Below are positions 63,299-64,000 of a stretch of DNA of 64,000 nt, piece by piece. The stretch comes from Mobula birostris (Eukaryota), in NCBI RefSeq assembly GCF_030028105.1, contig NC_092370.1, positions 94,818,969 through 94,882,968 on the forward strand. Reading direction: 5' to 3'. The position numbers were made by a program, and so were the translations under genes. The notes beneath the pieces were generated by a model, which ran no database searches, was not told where the DNA came from, and saw only the letters and a program-made list of their open reading frames with translations. Numbering within the stretch: position 1 is the first letter of the stretch; the number at the start of each line of letters is the position of its first letter.

Positions 63299-63664
63299 TA
63301 TCGTGAATCAGTATTAGCAATGAATGCAGAAAGAACTCGTTAGTTCCTGAAAATAATTCCATAAGATCTTTCATGTCCACCTGGCAAAGCAGACATGACC
63401 TTAGTTTAATGTTTCATTGGCACACCTTCGCAGCACAATGCAGGCTGGAATAAGCCCTGATCTTAACAATGGTCTCAGCATTCCACAGACTGAATCATGG
63501 TTAAAATTAATGGTTAAAGTTTTTCAAATGCTCAACTTCGGCAGCTTGCTTACAAGAAGAGAATTGTTTGTCCCTTTGATTAGGTTTTGCCTGGTGTTGC
63601 CTAGATTTTCACAAAATAATTTCTGTTTCCTCACAGCGATTTGAGGCTTATGTTGGCAGGATTG

Positions 63665-63728
63665 TTCACCCTTTTCCATAGATGCTGCCTGGCCTGCTGA
63701 GTTCCTCCAGCATTTTGTGTGTGTTACC
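63665..63728 (+). repeat. Penelope terminal-repeat fragment
   Basis: CATAGATGCTGCCTGGCCTGCTGAGTTCCTCCAGCATTTTGTGTGTGTT, near-identical to 47700-47745 and 41225-41272. Confidence 0.85.
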
Positions 63729-64000
63729 AGTCGGTAGAGCCTATCACAAAGTTCTAAATTTAAACTTACTGTGACTCCCCATCCATTTCCCAGATCTGAC
63801 TGAGACTGCCCATTCATATTTTCATCAGGTTGCACTTCTGCTTCCCAGAAAATGATCACTAATATCACCAATGGCCAGGTTCCATCGTTGTGATCCTAAT
63901 TATTCCACATTCGATGCCCCAAACCTCCCCCACAGATGTCTCTTCACAATGACCTATGACCCATGACTTGCAAATCACCTGATTGCCTCTGCCAGCTCCA

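Overview
Eukaryotic, repeat-saturated non-coding DNA. The TE mix (CR1 with esterase ORF1, Rex1/Babar, RTE, Penelope-like, V-SINE-like, Ty3/Gypsy including a chromodomain sushi-type element, Tigger, Tc1, hAT-Charlie) points to a vertebrate, most likely a cartilaginous fish (inference). I cannot identify any host gene, RNA gene or CRISPR array. All recognisable ORFs in the track are fragments of decayed transposon proteins; the rest look like chance frames. Many insertions are nested up to three levels deep, with readable TSDs or exact junctions. The most interesting signals are RNA-level devices carried by the TEs: five decayed hammerhead-ribozyme copies in Penelope repeats, an HDV/CPEB3-like core in an RTE-UTR-type element, and a -1 frameshift pseudoknot plus self-priming PBS in the sushi element. 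Also notable are a twin-priming-like inverted Penelope, a 75-bp-arm palindrome inside a deleted Tigger, and non-coding LINE-parasite elements lacking a tRNA head. I see no supportable new multi-gene system. Family assignments come from motif recognition by eye, not database searches.
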